The position numbers and the translations under genes are program-made. The notes beneath the pieces were generated by a model. It saw only the letters and a list, made by a program, of their open reading frames with translations, did no database searches and had not been told where the DNA came from. Shown one piece after another: positions 1 through 13,431 of a stretch of 64,000 nucleotides of DNA. This DNA comes from Octopus vulgaris (Eukaryota), in assembly GCA_951406725.2 (NCBI GenBank), contig OX597830.1, forward strand, positions 248,001 through 312,000, given 5' to 3'. Position 1 is the stretch's first letter; every line of letters begins with the position of its first letter.

Positions 1-695
1 ACATTCCAGTATGTCTTTTTATTCAAAGGTATTGGATGAATATACACACATGTATGAGTGAAGGGTATGAAAACATAAGCATATATACTATCCCTTAGTC
101 GGTTTCTCAAGCTCTAACTCACACAAAAATATGTATATATATATATATCTTAATTTGGGGGTTAAGGCGACCACTGACTTCATATTAAAAGAGAAATTAC
201 TTAGTAATTATCAAGCCCACCACATAGCATATTTATCAGGTAGTTTCTTATTGTTTACATTGGTTAGCCAATGGACACTGTAGAGGAGTCTTGAGTTACA
301 TGTATTGTTAAAGCTACTATTGTGAGATCTTTCATCAGAAATGTTCTCTTTCTGTCTATTATCAATATTAGTTGTTGTGTTAGGTATCTCTTCCGTATTA
401 CTTTATCACGTATTTAATATACATGTCCTCCTTTTCAAGCAAGATATTTCAGATTCCTTATATACAAGTCTTGCTTGTTTGCTTTTTTGCTAAAATATCT
501 ATTCTTATTATTGTTTTAATTCTCAGAATTTTCAGTCTTGTTTGTTCTGGTAGATTCGGTGAGAGCAAACAGCAGTCTGCTGTCAGAAATCTCACAGTCT
601 CTTTTGGCACATTATAAGCTTTGATACTTGGTTGTTAATTATCGTGGGAGACATTTAACATCCAAGTACCAGTCTCTAAATCCTAACAATCGAGG

Positions 696-989
696 CTGTA
701 GGTGACTTTATATGTGATCCATCTGTGTGTGTGTGTGTTTATGTGTGTGTGCATGTGTGCGCGCGCGTATGCATGTGTGTGTGTGTGTGTGTTTGCGTAT
801 AGGTGTGCGAATAGAGAGAAAGAGAAAAAGAAAAACAGGGAGCTATTCCTTATGCTCTTTATACAATTCAATCACTGACTACACAAGCGACAAACCAATG
901 TCAGTTTTATTGTTTTGCCCCATGTGGCGAAAATGAGACTACCGGAACTTGAACCCAGATATCCAATATCACACCTAAGCATTGTGTTT
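696..989. repeat. ~294-bp near-identical inverted copy of 7853-8148
   Basis: CTGTAGGTGACTTTATATGTGATCC...CACCTAAGCATTGTGTTT is the reverse complement of 7853-8148, apart from CA-tract length and about one substitution. Confidence 0.95.
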
Positions 990-1440
990 TGCTGCAACTC
1001 TTCTCATTCGCAATTCCTCTCTCAAAATTTGTTGGCAGGAGTTTCAGGACACATCTGATATCAACAAGTTCGTCAAATGTTCGGCAACGGTCCTTCAAGA
1101 TCAGTTCATGAATTTTCGTGAGGTTTCCATTCGTTCGGGAGGTAGACGGTCGCCCTGAAGCGAGAAGTGACCATTCCATAAACTTGTGTTTTGCTCATGG
1201 CAGCGCCTTTGTAAGCCTTTGAAGCATGACAACTATCTGGGCCGCCGTTTTCCCCAGCAGAAAACAAAATTTCACGGAAGCAGGCCGTTCCTTCCTTTAG
1301 CTATGGCCAAAATCGACGAACATGGGAGAAGCACTGCAAAACAAAGACGCACCGCGTGGCAACAGGGCGTCAGAGAACAACTCACCTCGTAGCAGTAAAA
1401 CATCAGGGAACGACTCGATCGGCAGACTGATGCCTGAAGT
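990..1440 (-). mobile_element. Mariner transposase 5' fragment (degenerate)
   Basis: Minus strand encodes ASVKFCFLLGKTAAQIVVML...AAMSKTQVY and SGRPSTSRTNGNLTKIHELILKDR (mariner HTH region) with frameshifts; same family as 15205-16166. The 5' boundary is approximate. Confidence 0.85.
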
Positions 1441-2388
1441 TACTATCAAGTGGCTCCTAGCGGCGGAGGCTTGAATTACAATGGGCACAGATGTAAAATG
1501 AAAATCGAAACTGATTTGGTAATTCTGCTTCCTGGAATGTGAAATAGACCGAAGAAGGAAACTTTACATGGATGCGCTAAAACTAACAGTCAGATATAAT
1601 CTAAGCGGAACCCTAACCTCTTAAATAATGGGTAATACCATTGTGTGTGTGTGGGGGGGGGTACGGTTGGAATACCTTTCATCTTAGATTTCGTTGATCA
1701 CTGTAGTCTAGCTACAACATCGGAATTTGATTGTACACTACAGTTTAATTACTGGTACATCATAAGTAAATGAAAAATTACAAAAAGACTTTAAAACCTC
1801 TATATTTCCGTCAGTGTATTTCGTTGTCATTCCGGAGTTGTTTATATTTAAATGTAATTTCGTGTTATTTGCATTCAGTCGGAAAAATAATAAGCCAAAC
1901 GAAGAATAAATGAAGATATGAAGACGAACAGCATAAACAACAATAAATTGTAGAAAAAAAAATCTCCCCCACATAAAAAGACATTAGCGATACGTTAACA
2001 TTATTAATGAACTGATGAAGGTATAGAAAATAATTAAGTGTACACGGCTTCTCAAATGACGCTGGTCGTAATAGAGACATTTCGTTAACAAACAAATATT
2101 AGCATAATTAAAAGAAATCAGTGATATTAAGTAGCTGTGAGCTGGCTAAATATAATGCAGCGAACATGAGAGTTTTCCATAAGCAACATGTCTGCTATGT
2201 TTATTTTCATTGCAAGCTATTCTGCAGGAATGGAAACGAGGAAAAAGAGCATGCCAAAATCTATTCAAAGAAGGAAGGAAAAACCGAAAACGAAATAATT
2301 GCACACACACACTCACACGAACATAGCAGCAGGCATACATACACATATAAGTACGCACAAGTATACATACAGGTATAATATAATGCCT

Positions 2389-2787
2389 TATATATATATA
2401 TATATATATATACGTGTGTGTAAATACGTATTTACATATATATGCATTTATATATAATTTATACATATGTATACATACATATATATACATAGATACGCAC
2501 ACATATATACATAGATACACACCACATATATACACGCACATATACACACGCACATATACACACATACACACATACACACACATATACACACATATACATA
2601 CACATATATACACACATATATATACACACAGATATATACACACACATATATACACACACATATGTACACATACAAATAAACACACATACACACACATATA
2701 TATACACATACACACATATACATACATACATACTGATGGGTGGATATATACGTGCGTGCGTGTGTGTGTGTGTGTATGTGTATGTGT
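2389..2787. repeat. Compound TA/CA/TACA microsatellite
   Basis: Directly visible; source of the spurious YI/HT/CV-rich ORFs. Confidence 0.95.
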
Positions 2788-3193
2788 AAACAGAAGGTAA
2801 AAACGAAATTATCGATTAAACTAATTCGTTGAAGATATTCACTAAATGAGGCTTCACTGATTCCAATCACATAGCGAAGTTAAAATCTGTTTTTTCTCTT
2901 TTCCGGTTTTCGAATAACTTTTTTATAAATTTCAGTTTGAAAGATTTTAACATTAAAGAACAAAATATAAAATATAGAGAAATTTGAATCAGTATTTAAA
3001 TTTTCCTTTTTGTACTTTGAAATTATACTCTATATCAATGTTGTAATATTTGAATTTAGGGTTGCAAGGGTCTGCAAACATTAAGACGTTCAATTTAATT
3101 ATTAGAGCAAATGATTTTACAGACGGGTTACCTTACTAATCTTTAATTTCGTTTTGACTTGAAAGGCGAGTAATAGTAGTCTATATTAAAGCT

Positions 3194-3305
<112 letters not shown>

Positions 3306-3635
3306 GAACAAACTTACATAGAAATGGATGCGTGCGTTCCGTCATATAATAAATTAATAAATAAAACATATGCATATATACATACATATATGTACTACCT
3401 ACCTCTACATGTATATATACATGCGTATATGGGTACAGGACACCCCCCCCCAAAAAAAACGAATAATAATGACTTTTATGACTCTTATTACTACCTCAGT
3501 CAATCTAAATGTATATAGTTGTCGTTACCTGTCATAAATAGCCTTTTCTTATTTGCAATGTGCATTTTCGTTGGTTTCATATTTTACCCTTACATTTCCA
3601 TGTATATTTTCTATTTTCTTTTTATAACATATTTC

Positions 3636-3698
<63 letters not shown>

Positions 3699-3701
<3 letters not shown>

Positions 3702-3762
3702 AGAGGGAGTGCATCTAATTATATATATATATATATATATAATTAGATGCACTCCCTCTAGA
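3699..3762. repeat. Perfect 64-bp palindrome with (AT)10 centre
   Basis: TCTAGAGGGAGTGCATCTAATT-(AT)10-AATTAGATGCACTCCCTCTAGA. Confidence 0.95.
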
Positions 3763-4959
3763 CGCCGGTCGAAACCCGTCTTCATCTTTCAGATTCCGTT
3801 TATTTCTTAACAGAACAGTGAAGTGAGACTTATTTTACATATCGTCCAGTCTGACTGTAGTTGTGTCTAGAACATAATTTGTGACAATATGAAAGTCACA
3901 TCATAGCAGGTTTCTCTGTGTGTACCTGATCCTGATACAACTGTCATGTACTTCAGAACAGATAAAGGACTCTACGATGATATCACCAACTTTTCCATTG
4001 ACTGACTTACCTGCTGACTGTATAAATGTAAGCAGCTGAATATTCCGTTGATATGTGGACTGTTAACGTAATTTTAAAGTAAATTAGACGTGGCAAATTT
4101 CTAACAGGTAAGTTTCCGAATTCCAGAATCAGTCAGCTGAAAGGTCTTACATACAGCTTCTGTCGATTCACTTTAACTCATGATATTCTAGTCAACCCGA
4201 AATTATGGTAGAAACTATTTGACTCATTGCTGTGCATGGATTCGTACCTTCCGATATGATTGTTAACTAGTTTAGCAGAGAACAGCCTGCACAATCCTAT
4301 ACACTTTCTGTTTTCTTCCTTTCATCAACTGAAATAAAAATACTGACCTAATTTCAGCTTAAATGAATTTAACTGTATAAGTGTACCTCGAAAATATATT
4401 ATGGGATCCGAACGGACAAAGGAACCATTTCGCGGTGAGTTTACCGGTGAGAAATAGACGTCAAATTTTGACTTGCGAGAGAAAACAGCCAAAGTTCTTT
4501 CAGACCACAACAGGTCCTTTTAGAAATGGTTAGGTAATATGACCACAGATCGCCGGTAACCGAAAATAGCGGGATGGTCACGTATTGGATACATTCTATG
4601 GCTATTCAATCAGTGTTATTGTTCACATTCCGGATTGTAATGTACCGGTAAGTATTTCTTTTGCTGTCGTTTGTAATAACAATCACATGAGATTCTTGTT
4701 GCATTAAAGTGTTGCTAGACGCGCCTCATTGACTAACTTCTATTATGTCTATGCGATTACTATACGAACATTCTGGTCTCTTACTCTTTCTTACGGACAG
4801 AAACCCTTACACCAGTTTTAGCATCACATAGCTGGTACCTTTACTGTCTACCACCCACAGATGACATCTGCAAGCACTTCGAGTATGTATTTTCCCAATG
4901 TTTTCTGGTTTTGCATGTTCATCTCTGAATTACTACCATATCCCCTCCTCTCCTGGTGG

Positions 4960-5017
<58 letters not shown>

Positions 5018-6299
5018 CCCCACATACACATTCAGATAGATCTATGTTCAATTCATTCTCTTTATTCTTGATAATGGTAGCTACCAAACAGTAGTTGTCT
5101 ATTTCTGGCGTGACATTCCACACGCTCCACTTGGTTTGTCTTTTCTCTAGAAGAGAATTAAGAAACATTTCTCATTCCATAGAAGCGCAATGATGTAACT
5201 TCATGTCTCTGCCGAATTACCACAAGAAGCGATAATGTTCTGCTTCCATTCTTTCATTCATTTTCAGAGCTGAATTATTGATACGACTGTATTTCGCATC
5301 CATGCACCTGTGTGTTACACAACATCTTTTAACAATGACCACGACTTATGTTGCTCTTAACAAAACATCTATCAGGCTTCTTTCTTTACAAAATTCGAAG
5401 TCTTTTGGAAAAGAAGTCCCTATATTCAGGTATAACTGTGTTGTTGGAGACAACGTAGCTACAATTACAGTTAGGCAAACTATCGTAGTTCTGGTTACGG
5501 TTGTTGTGGTGTGGATATTGAGGTTTGTGCGGTGGAGGTAGTGGCGGTAATTATGCTTCTGCCTTTGACCAATATCTCAGCAACATCACTACTGCAGTCG
5601 CTTTTAATGGCTAAAACTTAGTGTATTAGAATGTTCCAGATTTGCTAATTCTTTATTGATGTAAACTTCCGTTCTTGTATTTGTATCTTTTCCATTTTAT
5701 TCTTCTTGTTGCGATTGTTTTTGGCATTGTTCTTGCAATTACTGTTATGGTTCGCATTTCTCTTATTGTTCTTGCAATGTTGGTGTAGTTGCTACAATCG
5801 CTTTTCTAGTAGTAATAGTAGTAGTGATGATGTTGGTGGTGGTGGGGTTGCATTTTTGGCAACATTACCTTCAACTGCAACACTAGGTGTTTTCTCTTTG
5901 CTACTGTTCCGAACACCGTCAAATTTATTTCTCCCTCGCCTGTTATATCAAAGGTCTTCGTTCACCTCTCATTATTGTCCGTCTCCGTCGAACATTATTA
6001 TCGGCAACTTTTTTTCATTATGATATTTTGAAACCAAAATATCTTTTCCTAAAACAAAACTCAACAACAGATTCCGACAGGCTGGTAGAATTTGTGAAAA
6101 TGAGAACTCGCTAACAGGTAGTAGACTGTCTTTTTACTCTTCGAATTAAAAGAAAATAATGAAAACAACCGAATTCAATCGGTCTTTCCCAGAAAGTTGG
6201 GGGAGCTGATACGAAAAGTTACTCCTCTTTCAGATACAAATGATTGTGTTGATAATAATGATGGTTGGTGATTTAGACACAAAGTCTGACATTTTGAGG

Positions 6300-6400
6300 A
6301 AGAGGTACTTGGCCGGTTCTTTATTTTCTCGAAGGAATGAAAGGGAAAGTTGACCTTGGCAAGATTTGAACACAAAACGTAAAGAGTCGGAAGAAATCTT
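6300..6400 (-). mobile_element. Degenerate tRNA-derived SINE fragment (MetaSINE-like domain)
   Basis: GAATGAAAGGGAAAGTTGACCTTGGCAAGATTTGAACACAAAACGTAA; B-box-like GTTCAAATC on the minus strand; homologous to 8560-8690. Family name is from memory. Confidence 0.55.
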
Positions 6401-7253
6401 CAGGCACAAAGGATTCGAAAAGACATAAGAAAAAAGTTGTTTGCTGACATAGCTAAATTCTTCTATACCTTTTCGTTTCGTTTTGTAGCCATTACTGTTC
6501 TTCAGAGCAAATGCCCTTGGTTTTTAAAATCCCTGAGCTTCAAGCCACTTCCATTGACATATCGAACCTGGTTTATTGTTTAAGATTGTGGGCTTTAGCG
6601 GTCATTAGTACTATTAATCCGTCACGGTTCCTATTGACCATAGTTCAGAGTCCTGCTCACACTGCAGTGAAAAAGGGACGATCTGACACGAATCCAAGTC
6701 ACATTGTTCCAAATAGTCACACTTGTATTTTCTGTTACAATATGCTGCAAAACAAAATGTATAGACGGATGTGTAATTGTATATCTAAGTATTTCTACTT
6801 TACTTTCGCTATACCTTCGATCCTGAGCACAAATAAACTGGTCCACAAGATTCCAGATTCTTCATTCAGTGCTTTTAATTGTTATTTCGATAATAATTGG
6901 AAACTGCCACAGATGTTATTTCTCTCTTTGCCCTCTCTTGGATGAGATTGTTGGGCTGAAGTAGCGCTCTTTGATTTTCTTCGACTTGTTTTACGTGTAG
7001 TCTGTTTCTTTTTCTTTTGCCTTCTTCGAAGTAGGTGTTTATCAACTCAAATTTCGATGTAGTATGTCAAATTGTGAAAGGAGATTAAAAAAATCTCTAC
7101 AGGCAAAAATTTTCAAATTCCGAGGATCGGGGGTAGACGTTCCCAGATCGCTATTATTCTTACTAGCCAGATTTTGTTTTTAAATGATTGAAAAGCCGAG
7201 TTTTGTAACGAAGAAGAAACACGTTTGGGCTTCAAGAGTTAACAATAATCACA

Positions 7254-7273
7254 ACTACTGCTACTACTGCTGT

Positions 7274-7317
<44 letters not shown>
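7254..7317. repeat. (CTA)n microsatellite
   Basis: Directly visible; a similar tract lies at about 11088-11180. Confidence 0.95.
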
Positions 7318-7852
7318 TCTTGCAACAAAATATTAAATTACATTAGTGACGTCTTGCTAAGTTGAATAGTGAAAAAGAATACAATTATCTTTTTTGTCGA
7401 TAAAGTCAAAATTAAAAAAATACATATATTTTGTAAAAAAATTAAATTTTATTTTGTTTTTGAAAATATTGTTTCTCTGCACATAATTAAATTTAGAATT
7501 TAGTGAGAATATGAATGATAAGTGTAATCTCGGAAAGGTTAAAGAATCCTTATAGAGAAAATGTAGCAGTGAAAGTGCAACGGACAGATTGGATTTGTGA
7601 GTATGTGTGTGAAAAAGGTAGTAGTAGCGCATAGCAAATGTTAAATGTCCTTGTATGTCATGATGTAGTTCTTTCACTGAAACCATTGTAAGAGAATCAC
7701 AAATGGGAGCAATGGGGGTAAGAGGAGGAGTTAATGAACAATGAAGTTAGATGATGACATTTGACGCGAAATAGACGGAGAGGAAGTGAAGGAGGAAGTT
7801 AATAGTAGTTGTGAATGAACTTTGAAGGGTAGCGAACAACGGGATTTAGGGT

Positions 7853-8148
7853 AAACACAATACTTAGGTGTGATATTGGATATCTGGGTTCAAGTTCCGG
7901 TAGTCTCATTTTCGCCACATGGGGCAAAACAATAAAACTGACATTGGTTTGTCGCTTGTGTAGTCAGTGATTGAATTGTATAAAGAGCATAAGGAATAGC
8001 TCCCTGTTTTTCTTTTTCTCTTTCTCTCTATTCGCACACCTATACGCAAACACACACACACACACATGCATACGCGCGCGCACACATGCACACACACATA
8101 AACACACACACACACACACAGATGGATCACATATAAAGTCACCTACAG
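7853..8148. repeat. Second copy of the 696-989 inverted duplication
   Basis: Reverse complement of 696-989. Confidence 0.95.
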
Positions 8149-8559
8149 ACATAGGCATTTGTGCATATGTATTTGTGACTGCGAATACTTTAGAAAGTCT
8201 TCGTCGTATAAGTCGCAAAACTAAACGTAGCTTTATAGATACTATGGAAGACTCGTAGTATAACAATAACTTTCTCTCCGTAACTTACAAAGCCTTTCTG
8301 CTTTGTTTACATATATTATATGTAGCATTAGACAGTTTAAGTAAATATTCATTCAATTAAATTTGGCTGAAATTGATGGGTGAGCGTTTGGCCCAATCAG
8401 ATTCGGAAGGAGAAATGTTCGCATTGAGTTACGGGTTTGTTTTCCTATGGGACCACCTGCATTTCGGCCTCTCGTCTCATTCACCAGTTTGATTCAACTC
8501 CATACTTAGCATATATAATAGGGAAAAGGGATGTGTTGATACCTTCCACCCGACACCGC

Positions 8560-8690
8560 CTTCTGTATTTGTTTGGTAATTTATTTTATCGACCTTGGAA
8601 TGATGATTGGCAAAGTTGATCTTGGCTGGACTTGAATTCAGAACGTAAGCGCGTGGAATATGTACCACAACTCGTAAATCATGACCTTCT
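8560..8690 (-). mobile_element. Degenerate tRNA-derived SINE fragment (MetaSINE-like)
   Basis: ATTTTATCGACCTTGGAATGATGATTGGCAAAGTTGATCTTGGCTGGACTTGAATTCAGAACGTAA, homologous to 6300-6400. Confidence 0.55.
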
Positions 8691-9019
8691 GCCATCTTTA
8701 AAAGAAATGATGTATTTTCAAGTCTGAGGAATTACAACCGTGTTTCGTGGTCTGCTACCACAACAGCTCCTTTATAGGAGGAACGACGCTCGGTTTCGTC
8801 CCCTACTCCTCTACCGTTTTGACGTGGCGGGGACCCCCCTTTCGGATGTGTCTTCAGCTCTGGTGTTGGGTGCATGTCTTCTTTCTTCTGTTCCCTGGCC
8901 TCTTCGATGTATTGTCAGCGAGTGTCAGCCGGTGACTGACTGTCTTGTGAAATCTTTCCCTTTAAATACCTGCCGCATAGGCTCCAGCAGGCAGCCCCAG
9001 CAAGTTGTCACGTGACACT

Positions 9020-10260
9020 GTCTCACCTTAACTGTCTAGTGAAGGCGCGTAGTTTTAGCCCGCGCTTTTTCTAAACGACCGTCACCTGTCAGTCAGCGAA
9101 GCTGCTTCAGTCAGCTTGTCTCACCTAATGATGTTATTTCCCGTCGGCGTGTTTATGACTTTCAAGCCATTTTCGGTCTTCCCGCTTCAGCCATATATAG
9201 AAGCTGGCTTTTTCTACCGCCTCCTGTACTCTCCTTATTAGTTTACGCTAGAAAAAACAAATCTTCTTTTGAAAAGCATTGTCATTTTCTTTTCAATGAA
9301 GCCCCTAGCCCCCACTGTCAGGTGATAATATTCGACATTCCATCCCTGTTCTCTGCATTCTTCGATTAGCTTTTCATACCTCTTCTCCCTTCGTTCCTCT
9401 GCATTGCCGATGTTCTCTTCCCAAGGTACTGTCAGTTCTAGTAAAATTCCTATTCTCCGGTCTCTGTTCCATAGAACTAAATGCGGTCTTTTTGCTGTTT
9501 TTATTAGTGGGAAAATTACTTGTCTTTCCATGTCCGTGGCTACCTCCCAGTATCCCTTCCATCTTTCGTCCATCTCGTATACTTTACTTGTAGGCCTGGA
9601 TTTATAACCTTTTCCCCCCTTGTGGAAGTATACTTTCCTGCACTTTTCTACTTTTGGGTACTCTCCCCTATTGTACCTCTCGATCTTCTCCTTGAGTGCT
9701 GCGCTTATGACGCCGAGGACTTGATTATGCCGCCATGTATATCTTTCACGTGTCTAACCGTCGCTTTCTCTCCGCATCTACACTCATCGGTTGTTTTTAT
9801 GTTCCACCGGACTAAGTTCGCCGGTGAGGGTAGAACGTCGAAGGTAGACTTGATCAGGAAGGATGTTCTTGCTTGTTCCCAAGCCCAAAGTTCCTTCCAT
9901 GATATTCTGCGGTTGATCACATATTCCTCCCATCTCAGGCACTGTCCCTGTTGACTGCATTGCATCAAATGTACATTTCGCCTTTCTTCTTCCTCCTTTC
10001 TCACTTAGTGTATCACTGCCTCTTTCATCTCTTTTACACTGCTCTTGCAAAATGGCCTGAAATTTTGCGACCCTAGGCCGGTTCTAGCTTCTTGCGTCGC
10101 TCCGACTATATCTGCGTGCCTTAGTTTTCCGATCGCCCTCTTTACTGCCTCTTCCGCCTTCCATTTCCTCCCTGTTCGTACCTTTGGAGGGTTTTCCCGG
10201 ATGCTCTGATCTTTTGAATACCTTAGCATCATTACTGCCCTTGCCTTTCCTGCCTATATC
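9020..10260 (-). mobile_element. 5'-truncated HERO-like RLE non-LTR retrotransposon
   Basis: Peptides FLIKSTFDVLPSPANLVRW, CRCGEKATVRH (zinc knuckle, partly deleted), RYTWRHNQVL, RPHLVLW...ELTVPWEE (restriction-like endonuclease), VGARGF, AVEKASFYIWLKRE; frameshifted. Confidence 0.9.
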
Positions 10261-11107
10261 TAATACGATGGGATGGTCTCGTATGAAATGGCTGCTTCTT
10301 CAGAACTGATCTGGGCCTGATAGCAGCAAAACTAACAATATTCTTGTTTAAGCCAACATATATGTGTTAACAATTCATCTGGATTACCTTCATCGTTATA
10401 ATTAACATCTCCTCCCGCTCCTCATTCTCCTCCTCCACCACCATCCTCACCACCTCCTCCTCATCATCAGTAACATTGGTAATATTAATGGTAGTAAGTT
10501 CCTCATTGCCAGCAACACAGCTATCACCACCATGACGACAACCACCACCGCCGCCGCTATTGACGACAAGGATGTGATTCTATGAATGGCCTTTACTAAT
10601 AAGGATATTCGCATGATTAGACAAAGATTTTACCCAATATCTTCCTATATTGGAAATACATAACTATCGATGACTAAATTGAAGTGGGTTACTGCTGCTG
10701 CATTGGTGGTGGTAGAAGTAGTAGTAGTTTTCTTTTCTGCGTGGCCAAGTCCACCATGGATACATGACTCGTTAGTGTGATTTTCTAGATTCCAACCTGG
10801 TTAGTTTGTTGATATTAATGAGAACACCTCTTGCTAGAAACCAGAAAAACAAGTGTTAGTAGTGACAGATTCATCGTTGTTTTTATTAAACTTCCCCCTT
10901 GCCTTGCAGATGGCATTGACCCAATTAACACAACAACAGGGATGAAATCGATACAGAGTGTCTTTCTACACTGCCAAAATATGAGTAAAGGTGGGCGGAT
11001 ATTTTTTTTACACTCTCGTGGAAAGGAAGACGTCAACAGTTGCAATGACGGAAGTTTCATTATAGACTTTGAATCATTAATGTAGTTTACTACTACTACT
11101 ACTACTG

Positions 11108-11148
<41 letters not shown>

Positions 11149-11214
11149 GGTGCTGCTGCAGCTACTACAATAACTACTACTGCACGTACGAACCAACCCA
11201 CAAGCTCAGCACAA

Positions 11215-11245
<31 letters not shown>

Positions 11246-11396
11246 GACATGAAACTGGTATATAGGACTATTTGTGACAGGTGTACTTCAGTAAGAAAAG
11301 CGGTGTCGTATAACACTAAACGGCTGCTAGGGCTTTCAACAGAGTAGGTTCCATCGCGATCGTTTTGGTTCGAATTTCCGTCACTTCGCTTTGAAC

Positions 11397-11470
11397 CAGT
11401 GGTTCTCAACTGGGATCCATATGGCCGTTGGAAATCCGTATGGCCGTTGGGGATCCATATGGCCATTAGG
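11397..11470 (+). mobile_element. hAT-like terminal fragment with three ~19-bp subterminal repeats
   Basis: CAGTGGTTCTCAAC (Charlie/hAT-type TIR start) followed by GGRATCCRTATGGCCRTT x3; no partner TIR seen. Confidence 0.5.
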
Positions 11471-11588
11471 TGTTCATAAAAGAAACGTGTTCAAGGCGAT
11501 ATGCTGTGAGTGCAACCCTAAACTGCATGATTGTGAAATCATCTTCCAGCTGTTCGTCTTCTCTCTCTCTCTCTCTTTATATATATAT

Positions 11589-13377
11589 GAGATTAGACGA
11601 ACTTGTAAGGTGGTCAAGGATGCGATTTAGAGCAAAAAAGTCGCGTAGTCTGACATTTGTTAAGGGAGTGCAGAAAGAATTTAAATTTCGAATATCTGAA
11701 GAAAGCATTCCAACAGTCAAGGAAGAGCCCGTCAAGAGCTTGGGACGAGTATACGCTGGAACATTGTCAGACAGAAGTCGTGGGATTGAAATTATGAAAC
11801 AGGCCGAGGCTGGGTTATCAGCGATTGATGTTTCGAAGTTACCAGGTAAATATAAAATTTGGTGCTTGCAGTTCGGCTTGTACCCGCGACTTGCGTGGCC
11901 ACTTTAATATACGAAGTAGCATTGTCACGAGTTGAAAAGATTGAACAAAAATGTAATGTGTTCATTAGAAAGTGGCTATGTCTACCTCGTATGTTGAACA
12001 GCTCAGCTCTTTATCGTAAAAGAGGTTCGTTGCAGTTACCAATAGCATCAATAGTCGAAATATATAAGTTGGGGAAGATACGGACGGTCATGATGCTGAG
12101 AGAATCGAAGGATATGGAAATCAGGCGTAACCCACCAGAGGTGAAAACAGCCAGGAAGTGGAAAGCAGAAGCAGAAACTGACAACATCTTGTCTTCTCTT
12201 ATACACAGAGATATGGTGAGAGCAACGCAGAACCATCGGAAAGGATTTGGTTTTGGCGCAGATCAGTTCAGACCGTTTGCAAGCATGATGCCGTGTGAAC
12301 GCAGATCTGTTGTTAGCAACAGCGTCAAAACAAGAGAAGCAGAGAGAAGAGAGCTTCATTTGATCCGATGTGTTCATCAAGGTCAGATGACGAGATGGGA
12401 AGAACATGTTGTTGAGAGGAAGATAAGTTGGGATGAGATGTGGAAGTGGACGACATCTCGGCTGAGTTTCCTGATTCGTTCATCTTATGATGTTTTGCCA
12501 TCACCTACGAATCTAGTAAGATGGAACGTCTTAGAGAATGACATCTGCAAATGTGGAAAAATCGGTACATTAAAACATATTCTTTCCAACTGTTCATTAG
12601 CATTGAACAGGTACACATGGAGGCACAACTTGGTCCTTAAGGTTATCTTCAATGCTATAAAGAACCAAATTCATCTCAACAACACTGAGGAAAAATCGTT
12701 AAAAGTACCATCAAGAGAGTTCATTACCTTCGTGCGACCAGGTCAGCAGATCCGTTTCAAGAAGAAGACCAAGAAACTTCCTGAGAAAAATGAAAAGTGG
12801 AACGGCTATTGGGAGGTAACTGCAGATTTACCTGGGTGCCAGGTTTTCTTTCCCATCCCAGTTTCGAAAAAACCAGATATTTTGATGTGGTGTGAAAGAA
12901 AGAAAGTTGTAAATATAGTCGAGCTAACGGTTCCTCACGAAGATAATTAAACTGTTATGAAAACCTCCTCGAGGAATGTGAAGACGCAGGCTGGAAAGCG
13001 GAACATTTTCCTATCGAAGTCGGATGTAGAGGGTTTGTAGGACACAGCGTGAGACGACTGTTGTTATCGTTAGGCCTAACTCATCGTAAAGTCAATACCA
13101 CCATGACTGATATCCAATCTACAGTGGAGAAGGCTAGCCACTGGATTTGGTTAAAAAGAGACGATGAGCAATGGCTAGAAGTATATTGAGTTCTTCATAA
13201 CCAGCTGATCTAGCAAGCAGGGCCTCATATCAGTGAGGGGGGCCGGTGCGCATTGATGCCGTCGAGAGGTAGGCCCCGAAACGGCGCGCATTCTCTCCTG
13301 ATGACCCCATACACTTGCTAGCTTCCGATATACGGAGCTTTTAACTGGTAGCACTTGCATGTGCAAGTTGTTTGCAA

Positions 13378-13380
<3 letters not shown>
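11589..13380 (+). mobile_element. 5'-truncated HERO-like RLE non-LTR retrotransposon in (TA)n
   Basis: ORFs 11470-11907 and 11859-12950: RT C-terminus/thumb, FLIRSSYDVLPSPTNLVRW, CKCGKIGTLKHILSNC knuckle, RYTWRHN, KPDILMW...ELTVPHED endonuclease, VEKASHWIWLKRD; 3' UTR then (AT)n. Confidence 0.92.

Positions 13381-13431
<51 letters not shown>

Noticed and set aside
295-342. Hammerhead remnants here and at about 20210-20250 and 38968-39003 (minus strand)
   Set aside because: Each lacks an intact GAAA or CUGANGA box and has no stem I; at most decayed Penelope ends.
2146-2870. Long YI/CV/HT-rich ORFs here and at about 18140-18974, 47586-48107 and 63067-63753
   Set aside because: Translations of dinucleotide microsatellites, which lack stop codons; no coding signal.
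8778-8860. Possible hammerhead on the minus strand (CUGAAGA...GGGGAC-GAAAC...GUC)
   Set aside because: CUGAAGA is not adjacent to the GUCCCC/GGGGAC stem and no stem I forms; better explained as simple hairpins in an unidentified repeat.
11410-11470. Short direct-repeat arrays (also 24556-24626, 36290-36353) as CRISPR-like
   Set aside because: No unique spacers, no cas genes, eukaryotic context.
13280-13310. Possible type II hammerhead in the HERO 3' UTR (GAAAC...CUGAUGA)
   Set aside because: Stem II would need CCCC to pair with CCCC.
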